NCBI GenBank assembly: GCA_964016885.1
Contig: OZ024761.1
Span: 29,326,001-29,390,000, forward strand
Direction: 5' to 3'
From: Eledone cirrhosa
Lineage: Eukaryota
DNA length: 64,000 nt
Shown: one piece after another, positions 40,500 through 54,840 of the stretch
Position numbering within the stretch: position 1 is the stretch's first letter
Layout: each line of letters opens with the position of its first letter
The notes under the pieces: model-generated
What the model saw: only the letters and a program-made list of their open reading frames with translations
Database searches by the model: none
Told to the model about the DNA's origin: nothing
Position numbers and translations under genes: made by a program

Positions 40500-42049
40500 A
40501 TTTCACAGAATATATCTGAAAACATGTCTGTTAATTCAAGTGTTTGTAGTATCTTTTACTTGTAGACAGATTGTTATGATAATATAGAATATGAGGGTAA
40601 AGATTTTAATATTTTATGTGATGTACACAAACATGTATACATACATGCACAAACACACACAAGCTCATATATATATACACACACACACAGACACAAGCCC
40701 ATACACACACACAAGCCCATACACACACGCACACAAGCCCATATACACACACACGCGCACACACACACAAGCCCATACACGCTCACACACACAAGCCCAT
40801 ATATATACACACACACAAACACATACACAAGCCCACACACACACACACAAGCCCATATATACACACACACATGCACATACAGACAGAATGGTGTTGCTTT
40901 GAAATTTGTCAAATCATATCTACAATACTCACAAACAGGTAAACCGTGCACATGCATGTTTTCACACATGCACATATGCACCCATACACGTATGCACACA
41001 TAGGAAAACACTTCTTTGAAACATGTCAAATATACACAACACTCACAATACATACGTGCACATTTGCACTCAAATATGCATACAATTGACACCTTTTCTT
41101 TGTAAAAATTACAATTTAAATTACAATTACGCATGCATGTGCAACATATGCATTGGGGACTGTTCAACATATTAAAATATTCGAACATTTCGAAACACAA
41201 TTTACAGGTGAATGCATGCATCAATACCCCAACAGTTGCCAGCAACAAATTAAACTATGCATATCTGCACAACCATGCATACCATCACATGCACACATGC
41301 ACAGCACATGCATACATGCATATGCATACATGCATTAACTACCCCCTCCACAATTACTGATGCAAATATTACTAGTAGTTGCAGCATGTTCCATGACCAC
41401 ATTAATTGAAATGGAAGAATGTATTTACACATGCACACAGATGCATATATGTGTGCACATAGATGAAAATGCACACATATGCACACACATGTAAAGATAT
41501 ATGTTACACATTTCACAAACATATACACAGTACTTAGGTTTCCTTTGTGAGATGTTTAAATTAAATGTACACACACACACACACTATCATACCCATATAC
41601 ATGTACATACATATGCATGCATACGCACAAGCATGTACAGACTTACTCGCACTATCATCCATACATACATGTATACATTAACACACACACACACACACAC
41701 ACACAATCCTAGAGAAATGAACACTTTCACACACACACACATGTGCACATAATATCCTAAATGCATGTATGTACAAATATGGACATACGCACACATGCAT
41801 GTGGACATATCATACACACACCCATGCACACACATATTTACATACATTTATTTTATTAGTTTGCTTGTGAGTGAGGAAGGGAGTGAACCCATAGCTTTCA
41901 CTGGACCCTCAACACCGTTGTGACTGATGTTGTGAGGAAAGCTCTGAGCCCATAGCCTTTGTAGAACCTTCAAAACTGTTGTGATTGGTGTTGTGAGTTT
42001 CAGTGATCTGCGATCAGCTCCCACCACATTTGGCCAGATTTTCTATGGT

Positions 42050-43185
42050 TTCCCTCTACTGCAGCTTCGTTTTGCTGGGATTTCTTGGCATTTCTAAACC
42101 TAGTGATCATCATCCATACACATCACATGTCCATACCAGTGCAGTCATCTCTCCTGCACACTACATCTGATTCCTATTATAGCCAGGTCTCCCTATACTG
42201 CAGCTTCCTTCCACTAAGATTTCTTAGCACAGCTTCATCCAGCAATCATCATCCATACACATCACATGTCCATACCAGTGCAGTCTTCTCTCCTGCACAC
42301 TACATCTGATTCCTATTATAGCCAGGTCTCCCTATACTGCAGCTTCCTTCCACTAAGATTTCTTAGCACAGCTTCATCCAGCAATCATCATCCATACACA
42401 TCACATGTCCATACCAGTGCAGTCTTCTCTCTTGCACACTACATCTGATTCCTATTATAGCCAGGTCTCCCTATACTGCAGCTTCCTTCCACTAAGATTT
42501 CTTAGCACAGCTTCATCCAGCAATCATCATCCATACACATCACATGTCCATACCAGTGCAGTCTTCTCTCCTGCACACTACATCTGATTCCTATTATAGC
42601 CAGGTCTCCCTATACTGCAGCTTCCTTCCACTAAGATTTCTTAGCACAGCTTCATCCAGCAATCATCATCCATACACATCACATGTCCATACCAGTGCAG
42701 TCTTCTCTCTTGCACACTACATCTGATTCCTATTATAGCCAGGTCTCCCTATACTGCAGCTTCCTTCCACTGGGATTTCTTGGCACAGCTTCATCCAGCA
42801 ATCATCATCCATACACATCACATGTCCATACCAGTGCAGTCTTCTCTCTTGCACACTACATCTGATTCCTCTTATACCCAGATCTTCCTTTACTGCAGCT
42901 TCCTTCCACTGGGATTTCTTGGCACAGCTTCATCCAGCAAACATCATCCAATCACATCACATGTCGATACCAGTGCAGTCTTCTCTCTTGCACACTACAT
43001 CTGATTCCTCTTATACCCAGATCTTCCTTTACTGCAGCTTCCTTCCACTAGGATTTCTTGGAACTCCTTCACCTAACAAACATCATCCATACACATCACA
43101 TGTCCATACCAGCACAGTCATCCCTCTTGTAAACTACATTTGATACCTCATATACCCAGCTTTTCACTCAGCTCATCCATGCTTT
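42050..43185 (-). repeat. 139-bp tandem array derived from the RTE ORF2 C-terminus
   Basis: The period is 139 (repeated ORFs start at 42266, 42405, 42544 and 42683). The minus strand encodes IRCSVQERRLHWYGHVMCMDDDCW. Confidence 0.9.
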
Positions 43186-44739
43186 GTCGTGTGTCACCCC
43201 TAAATAGGCCCTGCCCCTGTTGGGGCCCCAAGCAAGAGTAGTCCTCTCTTGGTTTATCAAATAGTCAGAACAACACATTACAATATATATGTCACACCTA
43301 ATAAGGGCCTGCCACTCCTGTAGCTGACCTTGTTAAGAGTGCAAGGATCCATGTATACAATGATGCACACAGACATACACACACATATACACATTCATGT
43401 GAACATATGCATGCACATACACACACACATGTAAATACATGCATGCAAACACTCACACACATGCACACACATTCATGTAAACACGCATGCAAACACACAC
43501 ATACATGTAAACACGCATGCAAACACACACATACACATTCATGTGAACATGCATACAAACACACACATGTGTGAAAACATATACACATACATTATCATAC
43601 ACACAAGCATGTGGAATTAACATACACACACACTGGGGACATGTTTCCTTTGAAATGTGTGAAGTTGCACACAAACGCCAACACCACTCCACACACACCA
43701 ACACCACTCCATACACACCTCCAGTAGACAATGCTTCTTTAAGGCATGTTCAATTAAATACACACACACATGTATACACACATATAGACATACATAAACA
43801 CATACACACATCAGATACATACACACATACACAGACACGCACAGATATACACATACACACACACGTACTTCTCTAGGGGACGGACTTTCTTTGAAACCTG
43901 TTGAATTACACACCCAGACGTAAGATGCGATGTGTATACATAATGCATGAGTGTATATACACTTACATATACACACTGCACTCATATATACACAACATGC
44001 GTGAAAACAGGCATACACACACATATTCACATATGCACACACATACACACTCACATAAATACCCATGCATACACACTAACACATACACATATGCACACAC
44101 AGACACATTCACATATACATATTCACATATGTACATGCATACACACTAACACATTCACACATGTTTACACATACATGTATACCCATATTCTCACTCATAC
44201 ACACTAACACATACATATATACACATATGCACACACATACATATTCGCACATGCACACTCATACACACTAACACATACATATACACACATATGCACACAC
44301 ATATATTGACATATGCTCACACATACACTCTCACATCCATATATACATTCAAACACACCAACAAATACATATATACACATATTCACATATGCCCACACAT
44401 ACACACTAACACATTCACATAATCAAACACATACTCACACATACACACACACACATTAACACACACAAACACACACACACACACACACCTGCACAGGGGA
44501 AACGTATTGCTTGAAATTTGTTCAGAAAATGTTTGTTATGTGTCAAAACCTCCATGAATTCATTTTTAATTTTTTTTATTTCCATAATTTTTCTCCCCCC
44601 TTCATTTGTAAACTATTTTCCAAAGTTCAGTAAAAATGTTCAGATATTAAAATTCTCTATGGCTGTATGGTCAAGAAGTTGACTGTATAACCATGTGCTT
44701 CCATGATCAATCTCACTGCGCTCGGTATTTTGGGAGTTG

Positions 44740-45176
44740 TGTGTGCTAGGTATAAGAGGAATCAGATGTAGTGTGCAAGAGAGAAGACTGCACTGGTATG
44801 GACATGTGATATGTATGGATGATGATTTCTGGGTGAAAAAGTGCCAAGATACTAGTGGAAGGAAGCCACAGTAAAGGAAGACCTGGGTGTAAGAGGAATC
44901 AGATATAGTGTGCAGGAGAGAAGAATGCTCTGGTATGGACATGTGATGTGTATGGATGATGATTGCTGGGTGAAAAAGTGCCAAGAAATCCTAGTGGAAG
45001 GAAGCCACAGTAAAGGAAGACCTGGGTTTAAGAGGAATCAGATGGAATGTACAGAACAGAAGACTGCTCTGGTTTGGACATGTGATGTGTATGGATGATG
45101 ATTGCTGGGTGAAGAAGCACCAAGAAATTCTAGTGGAAAGAAGCCATGGTAGTGGAAGACCAAGGAAGACCTGGGC
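44740..45176 (+). repeat. About three tandem copies of the same RTE-derived unit in the opposite orientation
   Basis: GAGGAATCAGATGTAGTGTGCAAGAGAGAAGACTGCACTGGTATGGACATGTG is repeated. Confidence 0.85.
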
Positions 45177-46208
45177 AATGGGTGTATGCTGAATATCAGT
45201 GAGGAAATAACTTCTCTTCTTGAATCATTCCTCTTTCGAAGGTGAAGCATTCATTTTGCTTTTTCTAATGGTTAGAATATATATGCAACTCACCACACCT
45301 GCATAAACATCCATACCACTGATGTTGTCCAAGGAAAAAGCTATGGCAAAAATAGCTAGGCATTAGTGACATCGTAACTCATATATAGACTGTACATACA
45401 TTATATATACACTGTATATGCATATATACACTGTATATATAGAATATATGATGTTGTCCAAGGGAAAGCCAATGGCAGATACAGCTGAGTAAACTGAAGC
45501 AACATGAAATAAAAAGTCTAAAGTGTCTTGCTCAAGGACAAAATGCATCACCCAGTCTAAGTATCAAACTTACAACCTCCCGATTGCAAGCCGAACACTC
45601 TAACAACTAAACCATGTGAGGAGCATAGTATGTGGAAAGATGCCGTGCTGGGGAAGACCCACCAAACCCATGCACGAATGGAAAAACAGAAATAAAAATA
45701 CAATGATGATGAATTCCAAAATGTAGTTTACAACTTTTCCAAGGGTATATTTCACAATCTACACCTAGACTAACAAAGACATCTATAATTGCGCTGACAC
45801 TGATAATTGGTATGCCAGAAATTTTCCTTAATTAAATTTGAAGATTTAAGTTAATATTTCTAAACATCAAGGTAAAATACAGTTTTTATATAAGACTTAT
45901 CTTCATCATGTTTACCATAAGGTATCATTAGAACCTATCAGCCCTTTGTCTGAATTTCTGAGACGAGGAATTACCGTTATTATAGAGAGATTTATTTAGA
46001 CTAATGTCTTCATCTTGGTTCTTATGGCGACAGAGTTTCAGCCATTGACCCTCCTACAAAATTACACTATAGTCAATATGGATGTATATATGTATGTGTG
46101 TGTGTATGTATGTATGTGTGTATGTATGCATGTGTGTATGTATCTGTATGCATGTATGTATATGTATGTGTGTATATATTTATATATATATATATGTGTG
46201 TGTATATA

Positions 46209-46253
<45 letters not shown>

Positions 46254-46404
46254 ATATATGTGTGTGTGTATGTATATATATATATATTTATATCTGTGTG
46301 TGTGTGTATACCTATAACTTCTGATAGAGTCGGTGGAGCACTGTAGGGTTTTTTGGACATTTTGACACCTAACTGAGCTTATCTGCCCACCTCTTTCATC
46401 AGGA

Positions 46405-46980
46405 CCACACTACACCACATCACACCACACTACACCACACCAGACTACACCACACAACACAACAACACACCACACCACACTACACCACACCACACTACAC
46501 CACCCTACACCACACCACACAACATCACACCACACTACACCACAGCACACCACACCACACTACACTACACCACACTACACTACACTACACTACACCACAC
46601 TACACTACACCACATCACATCACATCACATCACACCACACCACACATCACACCACACTACACCACACTACACCACACTACACTACACTACACCACACCAC
46701 ACTACACCACATCACACAACACAACAGCACACCACACTACACTACACCACACCACACTACACTACACCACACCACACTACACTACACCACACCACACTAC
46801 ACCACATCACACCACACCACACTACACTACACCACACCACACTACACCACACTACACCACACCATAGCACACCACATCACACCACACAACACAACAGCAC
46901 ACCACATAACACCACGTAGCATCACACCACACCACACAACACCACGCAACATCACACCACACCACACCACACTATACCAT
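46405..46980. repeat. (CACCA/CACTA)n pentanucleotide microsatellite
   Basis: Seen directly. Confidence 0.95.
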
Positions 46981-47064
46981 ATTATAGAGGATCTAAGAGT
47001 ATATATCATACTATGGAATATCTGACAGTACACCATACTATTAGTACAACATATCATGACTTAA

Positions 47065-47284
47065 CCCTTTAATGTTCAAACCGGCCAAAACCGGCCAGAA
47101 TTCTCTGCCTCTTTCTGTTGAAACTGGCTGTAACTGGTCACTCAAACTGATGTTAAGGTATTGTTCTCAAAATAAATACTTTTAAAATCTCATAGATTCG
47201 ATATTATGTGAGATAATTATGTGAGTTATAGCATTTACCATGAAAAAATAATAGTATATATAGAGTAATGTGAATGCTAAAGGG
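47065..47284. mobile_element. piggyBac-type MITE (220 bp)
   Basis: TTAA-CCCTTTAATGTTCA ... TGAATGCTAAAGGG-TTAA gives CCC/GGG termini with a TTAA target duplication. Confidence 0.8.
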
Positions 47285-47319
47285 TTAAAGCATAGGATAT
47301 TTGGGGTAACATAACATGC

Positions 47320-47357
<38 letters not shown>

Positions 47358-47471
47358 CAGTAGTAGTACTTGTAGTAGTAGTAGTAGTGGCAGTGGTGGT
47401 GGTGGTAGTAGTAGTAGTATTAGTAGTACTTGTAGTAGTGGCAGCAGTAGTAGTAGTAGTAGTAGTACTTA

Positions 47472-47518
<47 letters not shown>

Positions 47519-47521
47519 CTT

Positions 47522-47567
<46 letters not shown>

Positions 47568-47776
47568 CGGTAGTAGTGGTAGTAGTAGTAATAGTAGTGG
47601 TAGTGGTAGTAGTAGTAGTGGTAGTAGTAGTAATAGTAGTAGTAGTGGCAATATTAGTAGCAGTAGTAGTAGTAGTAGTAATAGTTATGGAATGGTGTTA
47701 GTGGTAGTAGTAGTAGTACAACAGTGTTAGTAGTAGTTATCAACAGAAAGAATAGTAATTGTTAAGAGTAGTAGTA

Positions 47777-47813
<37 letters not shown>

Positions 47814-47815
47814 CA
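47320..47815. repeat. (TAG)n microsatellite
   Basis: Seen directly. Confidence 0.95.
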
Positions 47816-50390
47816 TTGCCAACAGCATTAATATCATCAGCATCCATCAGCAGTAGCAGCATACTTAGCAAATATGATATAAAAAAAGGGTTCATTTAAA
47901 CTAAAAAAAAAAAAAGGGAAAGGAATTAAACCAAACCAAACAACCAAAACCCTGCCTTGTCCTCAGATTTCTAATTTTAGGAGGAGAGATAAGTTGATTA
48001 TATATTGTGGTTAACGAGGCAAAATGGCAAAGTCGTTAAGACGTTGGATAGAATGCTTTACAGTATTCATCCCACCTCATTGCACGCTCTGAGTTCAAAT
48101 CCCGCCATGGTCAATTTTGCCTTTCATCCTTTTGTTGTTGATAAAAAGTACCAGTCCAATACTGGGGTCGATTCTTCCTCTATAGAAAAAATCGGCTGTG
48201 TTCAGATCTGGAGAGGTTTCGGCTCTGCCAGGTTTAAAAGTGCCCTAGACACGCCATTTGATGGCACCTCTATGACCCCACAAGAATTATGGGATCTTTA
48301 AAAAAAAATATTGTGGTTAAGGTATTCGGCTCATATCTGTAAGGGTCATGAGTTTGATTCCCAGCGGCGCGGTGTGTCCTCGATTTTGCCTCATGAACGG
48401 CTGATAAATGAGGCAAAATCAACTTGCTTTGGGAAACTCTGAATACCTAGGAAGTTGTGTTAGTTTGGCATGTATTTCATACAATGTAGTATATGATGTC
48501 ATGCATTACTAAGGGGCACCTGAGAGAGTCTTAGCATGCCATTTTGTGTCTTTCCTAAATAGAGAGGTGACCTCCTGCTGAAGAAACAGCCCCATGCCGC
48601 ATTACGTAATGTTTATTATCATTACCTAATATTCTGCACATGACTGCACTTTTCGGTACATGACCAACAGTTTTGGTCCGTCGCAACTGTTATAACAGTC
48701 CGTATACTGTATCATCTTATCCACACAAAGTCATTTCATTCGATGTTTAATGAAAATATGCTCTCTCGCCAGTTAGGTACGAATTTTAATAATACCAATT
48801 TAGTTGACCCTCGTGTGAGTAAGGAAACGACCGAAGCTGTGTCTGTACTATTCGACTTGCTTTGTCTTCTAATTATGTATATATATTTTATATATATAGT
48901 TTTTCTAAGTGTACCTGAGCACTTTACACCATAATTTCATCATTATTATTTTTGGACGCCATGCTTTCCAGCATAGTTACGTCCCTTTACAATCTGAGTT
49001 CAAATCCCGCAGAGGTTGACTTTGCCTTTCATCCTTACGGGGTCGATAAAATAAAGTACCAGTAATGCACTGGGTAATTGCTGGCCTTGTGCCTAAAGTA
49101 GAAACAATTATTATTTTAAAACAAGGCAGTGACTTCAAACATTTTGCTGTGTATGGTTTCTTTGTTTGTTTGGTTGATATTCCTTCCTTTTTTTTCCCCT
49201 TTACCAGAAACAAACCTTTATTTATTTATTTACTTAACTTATTTATTTATTTATTCTTACCATATGTGTGTCAGTTCAGCAGTGAATGAATAGATATAAA
49301 GAAATAATAAATTGGGGGGCTGAAAAAACTTGAGGAAAAAAAAAAAGAGACAGAATGTGAAAAAAGTGTAAAAATAAAAAAGAATATATAAAATAAAGAT
49401 TAAAAAAATATGAACAAAAATTTTTTGAAATAGAGAGAAAAACAAAACTTTAAAAAATAGAGACAAAAACAAAAAACAAAAGAAATAATAAAAAGAAAAC
49501 TTATATAAAAAATAAAAAGGGTCATAAATGGGTAAAGGAAATATATTGGGGCTTTACAAAACTCAGGAAAAATATAGAGAGGGAGTAAAAAAATAAAACA
49601 AAAATCAGTCAGCTCATATACACACTTCCGTTTTCAGGACAACTTCACTTGGGTTGAAAATCCATTGGGTGAAACATGCATCATCGAGTAAGGTTTGCTA
49701 ATTTGTTGAGGAACTAACTCTATACCAAACTCATCCTCTGGACTGAGTGCTCTACTTACTATGGATAAAACCGCCTGGTTTTTTACAACTATATACATAT
49801 ATATATATAATTGTTTCTACTTTTGGCACAAGGCCAGCAATTACCCAGTACATTACTGGTACTTTATTTTATCGACCCCGTAAGGATGAAAGGCAAAGTT
49901 AACCTCAGCGGGATTTGAACTCATATATATATATAATGAATAAGAGAGATGTTTTTATTCATGCATCCCTTTATTACATAGAAGATCTATGAACAATGAA
50001 TAAAGCCATCTCTCTTATTCATTATATTGAAACTCTGGTTGATACCTAAGGAATACAAATCATAGAGGGCTTTATGTCTGTTTATGAAAAAGTCAGTGGA
50101 TTATATGATCAACCAGCTTTCCTCAACTGAATAATATATACATATATATTCCAGTGGGTCCTGTCAGAAGCATCTGTTTCCAACTGATCCAGCAGGATTC
50201 CCAAGCGAGACCAGTCAAGCTTATGTTCAGTCATTACCCAATTGAAAAAATATTTGAGGACTCTGCCCCCATGACTCTCACAGGATTAAGGGGTGAAGAA
50301 GAAGAATATATATATATATGCTTGGTTGTCACCGATCTGTCCAGCTAATTTGACTGCCAGTATATCAAAAGAAACCTACATCTCCTATGC

Positions 50391-50465
50391 ATTTTGTCTG
50401 ACGAGAATATGTTTTGCATTATGTTATACATAAGCCTTGCATCTTCGAAATATGTATAATAAAAT
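50391..50465 (+). ncRNA. Hammerhead-like motif
   Basis: attttgt-CTGACGA-GAA..TTATGTTATACATAA..TTC-GAAA-TATGTA-TA-ataaaat. Confidence 0.6.
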
Positions 50466-50930
50466 AAATAGAGATGATCTAAAGTAAGTATCTTTTGTTT
50501 ATTATATATATATGTGTATATTGTAATACAAACTTGGTAGAAACATCCTTTAACGCCTGCTTTCCTTGCTACCAAGAGTTGGACAGATGGTCAGCAAAGT
50601 TGGCTGGTACTTACAGTAAAATATACTGACGCCATGGTGGGATAGGAACCTGCATGCCACTTATATTCCTACACCAAAATGTGTGGTCAGATGTGCCAGC
50701 AGTCCACAAATCCCATATGATCCCATCCCACGCACAACCAAGTGCAGTTTATTGTAACATCCTATATATATATATATATAAATATAAAATAGATGTTAAA
50801 CAATGACGATGATGTATGTATAGCCAAACAATTATATACATATACACTCCATTTACTTTGTGTTTGTTCATTCCAATATATATATATTTGCTCCTTTTTT
50901 CAGTTTTATAGACATACATATGTCTATATA

Positions 50931-50978
<48 letters not shown>

Positions 50979-51040
50979 TAAATATTCACATACATACATA
51001 TATAGGTATATATGTGTGTGTGTGTATATATATACATGTG

Positions 51041-51094
<54 letters not shown>

Positions 51095-51146
51095 AATATT
51101 CACATACATACATATATAGGTATAACCATGTCAACCTTCTTTCCTG

Positions 51147-51207
<61 letters not shown>

Positions 51208-51432
51208 AATATCCACATACATCCACATACATCCATATGTATATATATATATCCCATTGTTGACCAGTACACATAGATTACTCATTTTTTAAAAGGTAAT
51301 ATTTGAAGCTCTAGTTAAACTTTAATTAGTTACCTACCTAGCTATGTGTGTGATTACACACTTTACAAATTATCCCCTGTGATTGTTTCATGTGTTTATT
51401 TTAAATATATATATATGTCAATCAATTTCTAG

Positions 51433-51463
<31 letters not shown>

Positions 51464-51698
51464 TGATTTGTCTGATATAAAGTACCTCCATTACCACCAC
51501 CACTTCCAGCACAACGGTCACCACCACAACCTCCACCACAACAGTCACCACCACCATCTCGACCACCACCACCTCCATATCCACCACACTCTCCATCTCC
51601 ACCACCACCATATCCAACATATATATACATATATATATATATATATACATATTTACATATATATTCACATACACACACACACATATATATAATCCCCA

Positions 51699-51741
51699 GT
51701 CACTGAAGAGGTCACAGAATGTGTGACGAAAGAACTTTGAC
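51699..51741 (+). ncRNA. Minimal type I hammerhead ribozyme
   Basis: gtca-CTGAAGA-G-GTCACA gaatg TGTGAC-GAAA-GAAC-TT-tgac. Confidence 0.7.
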
Positions 51742-52929
51742 AATATATGAACAATCGTCTGGTTGTGGAACCAACCAACCAACCAACCGGAAATTTATAA
51801 ATTCCTAAATTTATAAATTTAATTTATAATACATTGAAGTGAAAGCAACTGGTGCGTGTGTTTCTTATTGGCAACATGACCCTCCCAAAGTATAACAATA
51901 TCGGTTTCAACACACGTTTTCAGATAAAGAATCTTGCTAAACAAATTCAGAAACGAAATATATATATATAATATAGCATAAAAGATATCTATGTATATCG
52001 TATAGAGAGAAAGAGAAGGGAGGACATTGTACAAGTGAAACAGACTATGGAAACAAAGAAGGGCATTGTTTCCCCAGTGGTAACAGGTAGAGATATTGAT
52101 TTGTCTGATATAAAGTACCTCCATTACCACCACCACCTCCACCACAATGGTCACCACCACCACCTCCACCACAACAGTCACCACTACCATCTCGACCACC
52201 ACCTCCATCGCCACCACCTTTACTAACACCATATCCACCACTATCTCCATCTCCACCACCATTACCATCACCACCACCACCATATCCAACACCACCACCA
52301 CTATCTCCATCTCTACCAGCACCACCACCTTCACTATCACCATATCCACCACCACCATCACCACCACCTTCACTATCACCACCACCATTTCCACCACCAC
52401 TTACATCTCCACCTCCAGCATCCTCTTAGATCTCGACCTCCACCGCCACCAAACCTCCACTGTCCCTACCCCAACTCGATTTCCACCACCATAATCACCA
52501 CCTCCACCCCCTAACTGCATCACCACTACAATCACCATCTCCACCTCAACTCCATCTCCACTGCCACCACACCTCCACCATCATCTCCATTACCACTTAC
52601 ACCCCCATCTCCATCACCACTACAATCACCATCTCCACCTCACACCCCAACTCCATCTCCCCTGCCACCACACCTCCACCATCATCTCCATCACCACTTC
52701 CACCCCCATCTCCATCACCACTACAATCACCATCTCCACCCCACCACCAACACCTCTACCAACCCCACCACCAGTCCCAGGTAGAAAGTGCAACATATAT
52801 TACTGCACCTGACAAAGCGTGACTTCACACAATAGCAGCTAGAATGCACCAGTGCAACTGGATACCTTTTAAGACTTCCTCTCTCTCCCTCTCAGCATGT
52901 CTACACAGGAATTAACAACACACACACAT

Positions 52930-52969
<40 letters not shown>

Positions 52970-53439
52970 GTTCCTGAGATGTGTCGGTGTGGGGGTAACC
53001 ACAGTTATAAAAGGTATTCAATACGTTGGTTGAGTGTAGGCATCTTTATTATATATAGAAATGACTTCTACAGGACTAGAAGTGATTAATTCATATGAAA
53101 TCTGATGATTTCATATAAATGAGACAGTTCTAATCCTGTAGAAGTCATTTTAATATATAATAAAGATATATATCATCACCATCGTTTTAACATCCGTTTT
53201 CCATATACATAAATAAATAAATATATATATAGTTATTAAAATAACAGATTAAAGTTTAAGATCCCGTTAAGGTGAAAGCAGCAATTCTTTGCTTAAACTT
53301 TAATGTTATTTTAATAATTGTTTGATCTATGGTTCTTATATATTTGATATATATTTATCCTTATCAAGCCCTCTTTGGATTATATATATATATACAAATA
53401 TATATATACAATATATATATATATTCAAATGTATGAGAA

Positions 53440-53780
53440 GGCACATGGCTTAGTGGTTAGAGCATTGGCCTTGCAATCGAAAGGTTGTGAGTTCAATTCT
53501 CAGACCGGGTGATGTGTTGTTTCCTTGAGCAAGACACTTTATTTCACATTGCTCCAGTTTACTCAGCTGTAGAAATGAGATGATAGGGACTGGGGTCCCT
53601 ATCATTCCACTGCAAAGTGGTCGTGGTGGTGCCATGGCAGCAAAAAAGCACCCAGCACTCACTGTAAATGAGGTTGGTGTTAGGAAGGGCATCCAGCTGT
53701 AGAAATCAAGCCAGAATCAGTTCCCGTCCCACCCTTGCAAGCAGGGAAAAGTGGACGTAAAATGAAATGATGATGATGTA
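53440..53780 (+). mobile_element. SINE B head fused to an RTE-type 3' tail
   Basis: The tRNA-like head and core are followed by GGTTGGTGTTAGGAAGGGCATCCAGCTGTAGAAA...GGACGTAAAATGA. An inverted sibling lies at 61695-62060. Confidence 0.75.
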
Positions 53781-54368
53781 TAGCATATTTGATAATATAC
53801 TGTATGTTTAATTAAAAACATTTTGAAGACCACTCGCTATGAATTTTAAAGTAGTGACTAATCATCATCGTCTAATGTCAATTTTGCATGCTAGCATGGG
53901 TTGTCCCATTAGAGGCAAGTTGTTGGTTACTGGTTTCTCGTGGTGTTTACATCATTGACCAGTACACATATGAGTACTGGTCAATGATTTAAACACCACG
54001 AAAAACCAGTAACATATCAAAAAGTAGAACAATACCTCTCATGCTATCTGAAGAGAACATGTCCAGGGGTTATTATGAAACCCCTCTCACACCTTCGAAA
54101 TACATATAATACAAGTATGTAATAAAATAAAGATGTACGAATAAAACTGTCTCTCTTATTTATTATATTGAGACTCCGGTTGATACCTTACCAAGAAAAT
54201 CCTAAGGGATACAAATCGTAAAGTTCTTTATGCCTGCTTATGAAAAAGTTGGTAGATTATATGATCAACCAACTTTCATCAACTGAATAGTGTGTGTGTG
54301 TCCGGGTTCAATAAGGGGTAACTACAGTAAGTAAGGTACTCAATACATCACAGAGTATAATTACTTAA

Positions 54369-54453
54369 TATAGAAATGGCTTCTACAGGACGAGAATTCC
54401 TGATGATTTCCTTCAAATGAAACAGTTCTAGTCCTGTAGAAGCCATTTCTATA
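54369..54453 (+). ncRNA. Hammerhead core enclosed in a fold-back hairpin
   Basis: TAGAAATGGCTTCTACAGGAC..CTGATGA-TTTCCTTCAAAT-GAAA-CAGT-TC-TAGTCCTGTAGAAGCCATTTCTA. Relatives lie at 53042-53167 and 57850-57905(-). Confidence 0.55.
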
Positions 54454-54523
54454 CTATATATATATATATATAAGAGTAAGAGAAACCTATTTCAAATGTG
54501 CATTCAATATAAATTAGTACAGA

Positions 54524-54597
<74 letters not shown>

Positions 54598-54798
54598 ATA
54601 CTTGGGGAGGGTCATATTTGTGTAATATTGCCAGAATTAATAACAGAACACACTCACTGTTTGGTTGGTTTTCGCTTTTCGCTACTGTGTCTTTTATATT
54701 GGTAATCTAATTTATTCGGTCCTCAATGTTGCCATTGACTGACCGACGGTCAAAAATAATACAGATACAATATAGACACAAACACATATATATAGTTT

Positions 54799-54840
54799 AT
54801 CAAAGTTCTTTCGTTGCACATCTACAACATCGTCAGCAGT
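54799..54840 (-). ncRNA. Minimal hammerhead ribozyme, same family as 51699
   Basis: Minus strand: CTGACGA-T-GTTGTA gatg TGCAAC-GAAA-GAAC-TT-TGA. Stem I is weak. Confidence 0.6.
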
